Below, piece by piece: positions 11,213 to 21,671 of a DNA stretch of 64,000 bases. The translations under genes and the position numbers were made by a program. The notes below the pieces were generated by a model, which searched no databases, was not told the origin of the DNA, and saw only the letters and a list, made by a program, of their open reading frames with translations. The stretch covers positions 1,364,001 through 1,428,000 of the forward strand of contig OX337235.1 of the NCBI GenBank assembly GCA_946965045.2, read 5' to 3'. Position 1 is the first letter of the stretch. Each line of letters opens with the position of its first letter. The DNA comes from Epithemia pelagica. Lineage: Eukaryota; Protista; Bacillariophyta.

Positions 11213-13735
11213 TCACGCGTTCGTGATCATTGAACTTATCATATTCAGGAGAGCATCGTCGTCTACGTTGAATTCTTCTCCCATGATATCCAGTTCGCGG
11301 TCGATTTCTCCTAGTTCCAATGCTTCGGCTTCTTGCGCTGACTCTTCCACCATGCGAGCACGAGCGTCACGGGCCCTTTCGGCAGCGACACAAGGACTGC
11401 ACGCCATCAGAACAAATCCCTGACAGCCACGGCATGAACAAAGGAGCGTTTCCCCAAGGTTAATAAAAGGTTCGCCGGGTCTTGGTCCACCCAATCGAGG
11501 TCGGGGGATTCCATGACAGCGCAACTTCACTGGTAACTTCCGGCGATGAATGGTCAAGAGCTTTCGTACAGATGTCAACGTGTCCAACACTTCTTCAAAC
11601 ATGGTTTCTTCCATGGCGCCAAAATTTTCCGTCCCTTTCATTGCATGCATGCCATTCAGCAAATGGCAGAGAAGAATGGTAGCGTTGGTAACAATGTGAT
11701 ACGTGGGCCCAGCATGGAACAACACCAGAGGGTTTTCGACCGTTGTGTTGCAGACCGAAAGAAGACTTTGGATCTGACTATCAGAGAATCCCCCGTTCCC
11801 GTCTTCGTCGCTATTCTCAAGAAAAGCGTCCATTGCCGATATAACGAGCTGCTGTCCTTCATGAACTCGTTTGTTCTTTGAAGAGTTTTCGTGCTGCTGC
11901 ATCAACGTGTAGGCAGAAAGAACCAGATTACGACTGCAGAGTTCATTCTCATGAGCCAGAACTGCCGTCGTCGTCGGAGTTTGGATGGTTTCCAATGGAA
12001 TTTCATTAAAATCCGTCGTTCCTGATTCCTTTGCAATTGTCGCGAACCTCTGGTTTGCTTGATCACAGCATGTCCGGATCGCACAGGCCAATGCGTCCAG
12101 CGACCTTGTATTCAAAGGAGCCTCGTTGTTGAGGTAAACGGGAGGGGGTCCTTGGATCCAATGCTTGTTCTTAGGATCGCAGGCAATGGACGCCGAATCA
12201 GTTTTTACATCAAACTTGAGCTCGGTTTGATTGGCGAACGATTGCCGAACTGAACCTGTCATTTGTGGAATTGCATCATCGATAGGTGGGAGCTGCCTAT
12301 CATTCCCATTATAGATCATATACGCCCAAGCGTCTTGATAAGAAATCGCCGATATCAGTGCAGTTGTTTCAGCAGTGTCCTGGAGCGACAGCGAATACAA
12401 GAGGAAATATAAGGAATGAACCAAACCTTTGACTTTTCACTCCATATGATCTCATTCATAAACGTACCTCGACCTTCGAGAGGTAGTTCATACAAACTTG
12501 ACGATATTTAAGATACCTCTGCATATCACCTCGAAAAGCCCGAAATACTCCGAGCAAGAAGTAGGCCTTTGCTACAATGGTCATTATTGATGGCTGCACC
12601 GGCTCCTGGACCGATTCACGTATACAGTGAACGACAGCATTACATAGTTCCATAGACAAACTCACTTCACCGTGTACTAGAGCCCCCAGAGCAATTTCCG
12701 CGAACCGAGATGCACTAAGGGCTGCCAAGTGAGTACCTGGAATCATTTGGGGAGTCATACCTTGAACATTCATGCGAGAACAATACTCTTCATCTGAAGG
12801 AGTAGGCGGAAGACGAAAGAGCTCGTCAATCGAAAGTTTGTAATAGGACAGAAGACGGGCTCCTTCACCATCCGATTGTTCCAATAAGTGCGTATGGTTG
12901 GTGATGGTTCGGGGGATTCCTACTTGCTGCTGTTGCCCACCTTGCTCATCACGTTTCATTCGTTGTGAGGGTTGCATTTGACCGACGAATTCATTTTCTC
13001 GTTTGTCGACCTGCGTTCCAGTACCCATTCCATTCAATTGTTGTTGTTGTTGTTGCTGCTGTTGTTGTTGCTGCAACTGTTGGAGCATGTTGATCTGTTG
13101 CTGAAGTTCTTCTGACGTGGCCCCGTTCGTCTGAACTTGAAAGTTAGAATTTGCAGGTTGTTGATTGTTCATAACAGAAGCAAAAAGGTTCCCATTCATA
13201 GGTTGATGATCCGATACAATCGTACAGGTCGCTGGGCCGTGGGCCGACGGCCATTCCGCGTTGGCCGAAGGTTGTTCCTGCTTCTGCTGACCCAAATTCG
13301 CCTCACTGAACTTTCTAGATGATGCCCTCCTTGGAATTGGACCACGCCTTTTGGCGGGCGAATATACACAATCAAATTCCTTGATATCAATCCCCTCGAT
13401 GCTTTCAACGTACGGAAAGAACAAACACACCATTCGTAAGATCCAAACATCTCACTTTTCCCCTCCAAAAACTGTTTTCATTCTCTGATTTCCTGTTTAT
13501 TCGAAAGTTTATTGTATCACACAATGCAACGAACCACTCGTGCTTCTTACCTCGTGAGTTTGTGCTTCTTCATGTACTTGGCAGCACAGTTGCTGCAGGG
13601 ACGCTTTCCATCACATTTGGTCTTTCGAGCACGGCAACGATCACAACTTGCGCACAACGCTACACTGCTCCCACTCTTTCGAAGGCCTCCGGTCGAAGCC
13701 ATGTTCGAATCGTTGACACCGTTCCCCACTTCCAT
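11213..13735 (-). CDS. Zn(II)2Cys6 binuclear-cluster transcription factor (exons 13735-13551, 13401-12468, 12379-11213)
   Basis: CDRCRARKTKCDGKRPCSNC is the canonical Zn2Cys6 motif. Poly-Q linker. Introns 13550-13402 and 12467-12380 restore one reading frame across three track ORFs. Confidence 0.88.
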
Positions 13736-14211
13736 CGTCCTATCTTTCTTCGTCTCAATTGCTTCAGCGAATTAGATGGGAAGTTGATCTGATTGATACA
13801 ATAGCAAAATTGCACAGTGACTATCCATGTCGATGTTGTTGTTGTTGGAGCTCTTCTTTGGTTGGGGGGCTTGGGTTTGGGTAATAGGGCCTTAGCGAAA
13901 ATTTGTCGCAGTGACAGGCTTCTCCATTCCATGTACATTCTTTGCTATAGTAAATCATTCGTTCTCTATTGTACCTTCTGTTTCTGTTCCGCTCTTTGGC
14001 TTCAGGTTGAAGTCTGACATATGTCATCAGACTGTCTTGGGACTGAGAGCGCGCGCGATATTGTACAATTACAATGGCTGACCGACTGACTGACTGTGCC
14101 CGCCAGCATCAGCCGCGACTGACTCTTTTGACAGGATCAACAGTACACGTCACTGTCACCATGATCCTCTTACCATTACGCTTTTACGACCCGCTATCCG
14201 AGAAATCGACC

Positions 14212-15390
14212 ATGATGGTTGCATGCCGTGTACTCCAAGTCGTTCTTTTCCTCTCGGTAACAGGCCTTGATGCCTTTACTCCAACTTTGTCCGTAAGTAG
14301 AGCTACGGGAAGACGATCAACATTTCTTCGCTCGTCGTCAGCCGATGAAGTTGCCAAGTTACGCGCGGCTGCTGCAAAAGCACGAGAAGAGGCCGAAAAA
14401 CTCAGCCAGGTGAGCCCCCCGTCCCGTGTTGATCATTATTGATCGCGACATTGTTCTGTTCCCAGACTGACTGTTATGTGTCACCAGGAACTTGGGAAAG
14501 CACCAGTCGCAGCGACTCCAACAGCTGTCCCAAAGAAGTCATTTGACGAATTCCAGACAATGTTGCCTGCACTCATTGCCGAGACTGACGTGGAGAAACA
14601 AGCAGAGCAGTGGGCCGAGCTTAAATCATCGAGCTCTGTATCCGGATTTGGTCAAGCTGTACTTCGCTCATTTCCTGTGAGTCTGCAAATGCTCGAACAA
14701 AGGACTGGACTCACTGCCGAATCGCTTGGATTGGACGACAAGTCTGTCGATTTGGATGACTTTAAGTATGCAACCCTTTTTGTGTTGGGTGGATCTAGTA
14801 TTGCTGGAGTTGCCTCGCTGGCGTTGTTGCCGCCAAATGTTGGAGCCACATTGTGTTATTTGTTCGCCTTGATTCCTATTCTGTTCCTGGGAATTGGTTC
14901 CAGTGCCCCTCAATTCATCGCCAATTTCATTGCTTCCGTCAAAGGAGGGAACGGTGACGACGTGCCTCCCCAGGAACGAATTTGCCGACACGAAGCGGCT
15001 CATTTTTGTTGTGGATATTGGTGCGGATTACCCGTCTCGGGATACTCTGTGTCGGATGGTGTCGCGCGTGTGGAATTTGGAGTCGGCCGCTCGCAATATT
15101 CCGAAACCGAGGTGGCGGCTTTGGCCGTGACAGCATTGTCAGGTCTAGCAGGAGAAGCGCTCAAGTGGAACAAGGCTGAGGGGGCAGCCGCAGATCTCAT
15201 GCAATTGGAGGGAGTGTTTCGGCAATCCAAGGAATTTATTGGAGCTGCTCAGCAGCAAGATTTGACACGATGGGGAGCCCTTACAGCCGCCAACCTCTTG
15301 CGATCAAATGAAGAGAAATACGAAAAGGTTGTCGAAGCTTTCAACCGGCAAGCCTCTGTAGACGAATGCATATTGATACTTGAGAGTTAA
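14212..15390 (+). CDS. Plastid-targeted membrane protein with HExxH motif, M41/FtsH-protease-like (plant VIR3-type family) (exons 14212-14409, 14488-15390)
   Basis: Signal peptide ending LDA|FTP followed by a Ser/Thr/Arg-rich transit peptide (diatom ASAF-type bipartite signal). Two TM helices and RICRHEAAHF. Phase-0 intron 14410-14487. Confidence 0.72.
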
Positions 15391-15801
15391 AGGACGTATA
15401 TAATTGTTACATAATAGATTCCGATCATCGCTACTTCCTAATGATGGTAGAAACAATCGGGATCAACCCCCCAAGGACTCAAATCTGAACTAAAGATCAA
15501 GCAGTTTAGCATACCGTCTAGGATCAGGCTATGTACAATTTCAGACGTTTAATCTACAGGCAGAGGTACAGCGATTGTCAAATATGGAGACACGCTCAAG
15601 CAAAATGCCGCGTAAGCGCTGTGAATTGCAGGGAGTTACATCACGTAAATCACATATCCCTTGTTCAGGTCATGCAGCTGCGAGTCAGGCACTCTCTCAC
15701 TTCCCCGTTCTCCAATAAAATGTTCCTGTAGCGACCATTCCCGATCAGTTCGCTGGCAGGATTCCAGTTATAAACAAAGGAAGCACGGGAATTCATGCGC
15801 T

Positions 15802-16243
15802 CTACGTCAATTGTCCAGTAACAAATGATCCCTCTGACGTTGGAACTTGGCCATATTCGCTCACGGGTGGAGTGGGCAATGCAGATGAAGCACGTTGAGT
15901 TCCATCGCCACGAACCAAGAAGATGATTGCAACAACAAAAATAAAAAAGAACATTCCCGCTGCTCCAAATGCGCTTCCTTTCGCTTCCTCTACATCTTCA
16001 ATCCCTCCAATAAAAAACGGTTGCTTCACCAACATTATTCCAACCCATCCCTGGACGACAAGAAAGGAAGAAATACATGAGTCACACGATACACGAATGA
16101 ACCAGAGCACCTCTAATGCCTTCCTGTCACCTGTTGCAAGCCGCCTTTCTTCGTAATCTTTTTCGTGTGAATAAACCTACCGTGAAAATGAGACCTGTGG
16201 CAGAGTAGAAAGCACAGCAGTGTGCACAAGAGTTGCAATCCAT
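15802..16243 (-). CDS. Small two-TM protein of about 104 aa, possibly RNASEK / V-ATPase subunit f-like (exons 16243-16181, 16050-15802)
   Basis: MDCNSCAHCCAFYSATGLIFT|GWVGIMLVKQPFFIGGIEDVEEAKGSAFGAAGMFFFIFVVAIIF with a canonical intron 16180-16051. Cys-rich N-terminus, two TMs and a short loop. The family call is by topology only. Confidence 0.55.
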
Positions 16244-17167
16244 GGTGAGTGAGATGAACGAGCTCTTCTGTAAATTGTACTTCTCCCCAGAGTGACCCTC
16301 AAAGCAACGTCGCAAGGTTCGTTGTTGGAAGTTTGGAATGCCTCCGCCGTCATCCTTTTCCGCGCCGGCACATGTCTCCGAGAAGGCGGCGCGTGCACTT
16401 GGGCTTCTTGGGCTGGTTTACGCTTACGCGCATGATGTCTTTCTGTCACGGTCGTCATGGATCAATGAACCGCAGAAGAAGGTGAAACAAACCGAAAAGA
16501 TAAAAGATGTGGTCTGGTATCTTGCATTCGAACTGCTGACAAAAGCTTTTCTCTCAGATCTTGAGAGATGGTGAGAAGTGAGGACTGAGGACAGCGTCTT
16601 CCTTCTCTTGACTCTCTATGAATGCCCCCTTGCGCATCGGAAGGTGGTCCTGCGCCACCTACAGTCGCACATGTTGATTGTCCGGCGTTAGTCGGCATAC
16701 TTGCGCTCTCAGTTCCGAATTCCGAAGCTCCCTCCGTGTGGAAGAGTCAGTAGACAATGGTACCTGTAACCTGTACCACGATCGATGGACAATAGTCCCG
16801 TCAAGCCCATGCGTTGACTGGGCAGGCTCATCATGAATAAAGTGGAATTTGTCACGCGAAAGGCTATGGCCTGGCATAGATAACCGGAAGGAAGCGTTTG
16901 CTCACGAATGATGTCGGTTCGTGTTTGATTCCACTCTATCGCTTTGTCACAAAGCCAGGCACAAAGCAATCCTCTCCAAAAAGTAGAATAAGCGTTTCTG
17001 GAAGACCAACATGAATGGCTGACTTAATGCGGAGGGAATTTTGGTTTGTACCAAATCTTGGGAAATCATTGACCAAACAGCCATGAGATCTACTCAGGTT
17101 TCTCTGTGCTTCTGAATGATAACCTGCGCACTGGAGACACGTGAAAGCAAGAGGACTGCTGGCAACG

Positions 17168-18481
17168 ATGGATTCGAGAAGTGTATTTTTGGAAGGATCT
17201 GATAGTGAGGTCTTCGAGGACAAGCGAATTGACCAAGAGGAAGAGAGGGTTGCTGCTGCTATGGACCATGGTGTTGTCGTGCCTCTGAAACGTCGCTCTC
17301 AACCGAGACCTCCACAGCACTCGAGCGGCAAACGTTTAGAAAAGGACGCCCTCCTCTTGAACCAAGATATTGTCTCAAACATCGCGTCGTTTCTCGACAT
17401 CAAGTCTCTGTACAACTTTTCAACGTGCTCAAAGAGGTGTCTCGAAATACTTAGACCTGATCATGTTGTAAAAGCAGCTCTCTACCACGGTGGCCATGCG
17501 AAAACCAACGTAGAGCGAATGATCGAAATGATTCGGACGCATCGCATCTTAGTCCCTTCGCCATTACGTTTCCTTCGGCTTTGTATTGGACGGCGATGCG
17601 AGTGTTGCCACGTCAAACGTGTGAACTTTGTTTCATTTTTTGGAGTATTCTTTTGTAAAGGATGTCTTGAAAACGAGGGCTATGTGGCAACCATCAGGCG
17701 TTTCGATCCTATGTTTTCTTGTGTTTCCAATCACTTTGTAGTTCCCGACGGATGTAATACAATTAAGGTTTGGGCCAAAACGCATGTGGATAATCATGGC
17801 GAACCATGTGGTCCTCTTCTTTCCGTCAAGACCCAAGGAGTTGACGATCCATCGGATTTGCCATCAACTAAAGTTTTGAAAGAGAAGGACGCAGAGAAGC
17901 GGAAAATCTATCTTCCATTGATCGAGAAGGCCTACAGCGAAGATTTGGAACCTGCGTCGAAGCGCATATTGATGGAACAAGCGGCAAAGTTCATGGCTTC
18001 CCAAACCGCTCAACAAAAGAAGATCCGGCGCATCAAATTTGCGCTTCAAAACCTTTCCAGGGAACTGGGGAACGTACCTTGGAAAAGGGAAATTTTGGCC
18101 CACCGGTGGGTAGACTTTCGAAACACTCAGCGCCTTGAGTTGTTGTCACCTCTTGCCAGAAACATTCTTGCCCGTGAATTGTCGGTTCCCTCACGACTTA
18201 CAAAAAAGCGCATCAAATGCTTGGCGTCTTTGCTTTCTCAAGCCGTCGAACTTTTTGAAGGGCAGCAACTCCATGACTTTTCGTTTTTCTCGAGCTCATG
18301 TCCTGAAGAAATAGCTCTTCGGCACATGTGCCTCCGCATTTTCCCCAACTACAGACTCTTGTCGGTGCCCTGGGTTACTTCTGGACTTCTCCAGGGCTTC
18401 CGCTCATATCCTCCCGATCGCCGCTTGCGAACGTTGGTCAGCCTTGTCTCCACCGAACTGGCTAACGAAATTGAGGGATGA
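17168..18481 (+). CDS. F-box-like protein of unknown function
   Basis: LNQDIVSNIASFLDIKSLYNFSTCSKR resembles an F-box. It is followed by PSPLRFLRLCIGRRCECC...FFCKGC. Long single-exon ORF; ATG 17168 preferred over GTG 17141. Confidence 0.6.
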   Translation: MDSRSVFLEGSDSEVFEDKRIDQEEERVAAAMDHGVVVPLKRRSQPRPPQHSSGKRLEKDALLLNQDIVSNIASFLDIKSLYNFSTCSKRCLEILRPDHVVKAALYHGGHAKTNVERMIEMIRTHRILVPSPLRFLRLCIGRRCECCHVKRVNFVSFFGVFFCKGCLENEGYVATIRRFDPMFSCVSNHFVVPDGCNTIKVWAKTHVDNHGEPCGPLLSVKTQGVDDPSDLPSTKVLKEKDAEKRKIYLPLIEKAYSEDLEPASKRILMEQAAKFMASQTAQQKKIRRIKFALQNLSRELGNVPWKREILAHRWVDFRNTQRLELLSPLARNILARELSVPSRLTKKRIKCLASLLSQAVELFEGQQLHDFSFFSSSCPEEIALRHMCLRIFPNYRLLSVPWVTSGLLQGFRSYPPDRRLRTLVSLVSTELANEIEG

Positions 18482-18604
18482 TGACGACTTATGCGGGTAT
18501 GCAGTATGCACACCTGTTCATCCTTCAGTAGTGATCACGCCTTTAGACAGATCAAAACTTACTTATCATATCATAGGGAAGTCATTTGCAGTTATCATTA
18601 TATT

Positions 18605-20437
18605 TTATCGTGCAGCCGCCATAACTATGTCTTCCTCATTGTCTACTTCAGCGTCAGGCACAATGCAATGGGCTCCAATGGAAGAACGGTTTCCGTTGGC
18701 CGCTAATGCAACCGCAAAACCTGCATGTGCGGCATCCCGCACGGCTGCGGTTTCCAATGTGGGGCACGCCGTATGTAAGTTTTCTGACTCTGCACGAATT
18801 GTTTCCAAGTCTTCCAGGGCAGATTGTAGGCCACTGGGAGTTCGCACCACGCCCACATTATCCCACATTGTTCGTCTAAGTGTTCGCAACAAATGCATGG
18901 CGCGATGTGCAGCATTCTCAATATGAAGTGGTTCCACTGACGAAGAGGCTGACGTTTGGCGCCGACTGGCAAAATTCGAACGAACCTGGTCCCCATTGAG
19001 TTCCCCGGATCGTGATGCTTCCAGTCTTGTTGAAGCGTCAACACCAAGGTGTTGTCCATCGGGGGATCCCACAAAGTCGGCCACTGATGCACCAAATACC
19101 AAACCTTCCAACAATGAAGTGGATGCTAATCTGTTTCCTCCATGCAAACCCGTGCATGCTGCCTCGCCAGCGGCATAAAGGCCATCAAGACTAGTTCGAC
19201 CATGCAGGTCTGTCGCAATTCCTCCACATGTGTAATGAGCGGCAGGTATAACAGGGAGCTGATCTTTAGCAAGATCTAGTCCTCGTTTCGCAAGGTGGGA
19301 TTGAATGGAAGGAAACCTTGAATGTAACCAGTCATCCTCTCGGTGCGTAATGTCTAGGTATGCGTTGTGTTTGCCAATGATTGTTTCTTTTTGTGATTCC
19401 TCAAAAACGGCTCGAGCAACAACGTCCCTTGGAGCCAACTCTCCATCTTCATGGTAATCTCGTGCGAAAGCACGTCCATTGCCATCACGTAGAACAGCCC
19501 CCTCACCTCTCAAAGCTTCTGTGAGTAAAAATCGACTTTCATTGGGTATGAACAACGCAGTTGGGTGAAACTGGACATATTCCAAGTCCTGACAGACAAC
19601 GCCGTGGCGAGAGGCCAGGGCGACACTACTTCCAAGTGCGTTGAATCCAGCAGGGTTGGTTGTGTGCTCATATATCCCGGCAAGCCCACCCGATGCCAGT
19701 ACAGTACCTCTTAAACCATATTCACGACCGCTTTGCCCAGTTGCACGATTCAGGATCTCAACACCAAGGCAATGATCTTCCGAGACAATAAGATCAGTTA
19801 CAACAGTGTGTGGAATTTGTTGTATGAGAGGGTGCCGAGAGGCAGCTTGAGTGATGTGTTGCGTGATGACTTGACCAGTATGGTCAGCTTTGTGCAATAT
19901 TCTTGGTGCTGCATGTGAGGCTTCGAGACACAATGCTAACTCTCCATCTATGGCTCGATCGAAGGGGACTCGCGCAAAGAGTTCGGAAGCGTCCAATAGC
20001 AACTGTCGAACTCTCTCCGGACCTTCTTCCGACACCTTGCGGACCGCCTTTGAGTTACAAAGGCCAGCGCCAGCCCTATGGATATCTTGTGCCAACAAAT
20101 CAGCCGAATCCCCTGAACTGGGATCGTAATTTCGATAAATGATGCCACCTTGAGCCCAGTACGAGTTGCAATCCGTGGGCACATTTCCAGCATAGATCAT
20201 TGTGACTGGAATCTGGTGAATTTCAGCTGCGATGAGAGCGGCTGCAGAACCTGCAACCCCCGATCCAACAATGAGAAGTCTGTCTTCATGTTTCTCACTG
20301 CGATTGTGACGGTAAGGTGAAGGCGATGAGCTAAAAGAGCGGCCGAAATCGCTGGATATCCCTATTGAAGCGAATTTCCGCACCGATCTTCTGAAGAACA
20401 GTCTTTGCCCCGCCACCAAGTTTCTTTGAGACAACAT
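18605..20437 (-). CDS. nadB: L-aspartate oxidase (de novo NAD biosynthesis)
   Basis: IVGSGVAG FAD motif, NSYWAQGGI, LEASH...ILH.ADHTG, QFHPT, LLTEALRGEGA, ELAPRDVVAR, PAAHYTCGGI, LHGGNRLASTSLLEGLVFG. 610 aa, no intron. Confidence 0.95.
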   Translation of the reverse strand: MLSQRNLVAGQRLFFRRSVRKFASIGISSDFGRSFSSSPSPYRHNRSEKHEDRLLIVGSGVAGSAAALIAAEIHQIPVTMIYAGNVPTDCNSYWAQGGIIYRNYDPSSGDSADLLAQDIHRAGAGLCNSKAVRKVSEEGPERVRQLLLDASELFARVPFDRAIDGELALCLEASHAAPRILHKADHTGQVITQHITQAASRHPLIQQIPHTVVTDLIVSEDHCLGVEILNRATGQSGREYGLRGTVLASGGLAGIYEHTTNPAGFNALGSSVALASRHGVVCQDLEYVQFHPTALFIPNESRFLLTEALRGEGAVLRDGNGRAFARDYHEDGELAPRDVVARAVFEESQKETIIGKHNAYLDITHREDDWLHSRFPSIQSHLAKRGLDLAKDQLPVIPAAHYTCGGIATDLHGRTSLDGLYAAGEAACTGLHGGNRLASTSLLEGLVFGASVADFVGSPDGQHLGVDASTRLEASRSGELNGDQVRSNFASRRQTSASSSVEPLHIENAAHRAMHLLRTLRRTMWDNVGVVRTPSGLQSALEDLETIRAESENLHTACPTLETAAVRDAAHAGFAVALAANGNRSSIGAHCIVPDAEVDNEEDIVMAAAR

Positions 20438-20774
20438 TGAGGGATATCGATTGATTATTCAACACACAATCTTTCTATTCGTTGCCTTTTGCAGTTTGTT
20501 GTTCTTTTCGCGTCAGCAAACATTTGTGGCCGGAAGCTGGAAGTAGTTTTTTGTGATCTCACAGAACGACAAAGATCGGCGTGTTCACTGTGACTCAATG
20601 TGTAAAATACAGGGAGTGCACGTGGGGAGCGCTGACGTTTGAACGCAACAGTCGCGCAAAAAATTCAACATTTAAAATTTAAATAACAAAAAGTCATCCT
20701 CATCTCTTGTGGAGAGAGTTCGTTGATGGCAGCGGCCTCCGTCAAACACCAAGCGAGAGACACTAAAACGCACG
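20438..20774. promoter_or_regulatory. Short divergent intergenic region (probable bidirectional promoter) between nadB and NDUFB8
   Basis: Head-to-head start codons 337 nt apart; no specific motif identified. Confidence 0.4.
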
Positions 20775-21343
20775 ATGACATCCCGTCTTGTTGTATCAGC
20801 GGCAAGAAAATCGCTTGCTTTGTCGAAGCGAACGTATCATGTGAGCGGTTTGCAGCGAATGGGAGGGGGAGGTGGCAGTACCCCACCAATGGCTCCATTT
20901 GCCCGAAGTCCACCCAAGAACACACCGGTAGGTCTCGCAGAACGCTGGGTGTTGACACACTTCTATTCAACAACTCTCTCAACAAACCCATGCTTTTGTT
21001 GCTTGCATTATTCTCATGTGTGATTCGAATCATGCTTTTATTAACTTGTGGCCTGTAGCTTCCGGAAAACTACGATGCAGTTTGGGATGATGGCGTTGCT
21101 CCGGAGTTGGCACTTGATTTCGATGCCGCCCATATTAGCACACGGGAAGCCTTCCTCACGATGCTTGCTGGATTTGGAATGTACTTTTTAATCTATCAAG
21201 GAATGAGAGTTTACCATGAAAAGGTTGTTGGTGAGAACCCAGCACTTAGTCACTACTATGATCTTGTGGACAAGGACTGGTCGGACTTTGAAAATAATGT
21301 TCCCGAGTATTTTGAAGAGTACCTGAAGAAGCAAAACAAATAG
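20775..21343 (+). CDS. NDUFB8: Mitochondrial complex I accessory subunit NDUFB8 (ASHI), plant/algal type (exons 20775-20927, 21059-21343)
   Basis: Arg/Ser-rich presequence. AVWDDGVAPELALDFDAAHISTREAF + one TM resembles the plant B8 LVWDNG..PEPCID motif. Phase-0 intron 20928-21058. Confidence 0.7.
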
Positions 21344-21671
21344 AGAGAAGAACTTTCGTGTTAGACATGGACGCTTCCATGTTTGATTCCAACTTGTTCC
21401 TCTCCTTAATTCTTGAATATAGGTTCCCTTAGAATGGATAATTTTGTTTGCTAGGTAAACGATTACACACAGTGTTCTGCTCAATTAAAAAGACTATTTT
21501 TTGCCGTTCGAATATCGTCAGACCACGCTTAATGAAAAATAACTTTATAGGATGTTTATGGTTCATGGTAACAGAGAAAGAGGCGGGTATGATGTGAGGC
21601 GGAGTATAACAACGTGGATATGATGTATGAGCTATTTGCACTATAAATGGAGCCGGCGAAACTCAACTGTT

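Noticed and set aside
16338-16574. 78-aa ORF upstream of the F-box-like gene
   Set aside because: No recognisable motif or convincing splice link to 17168; left unannotated.
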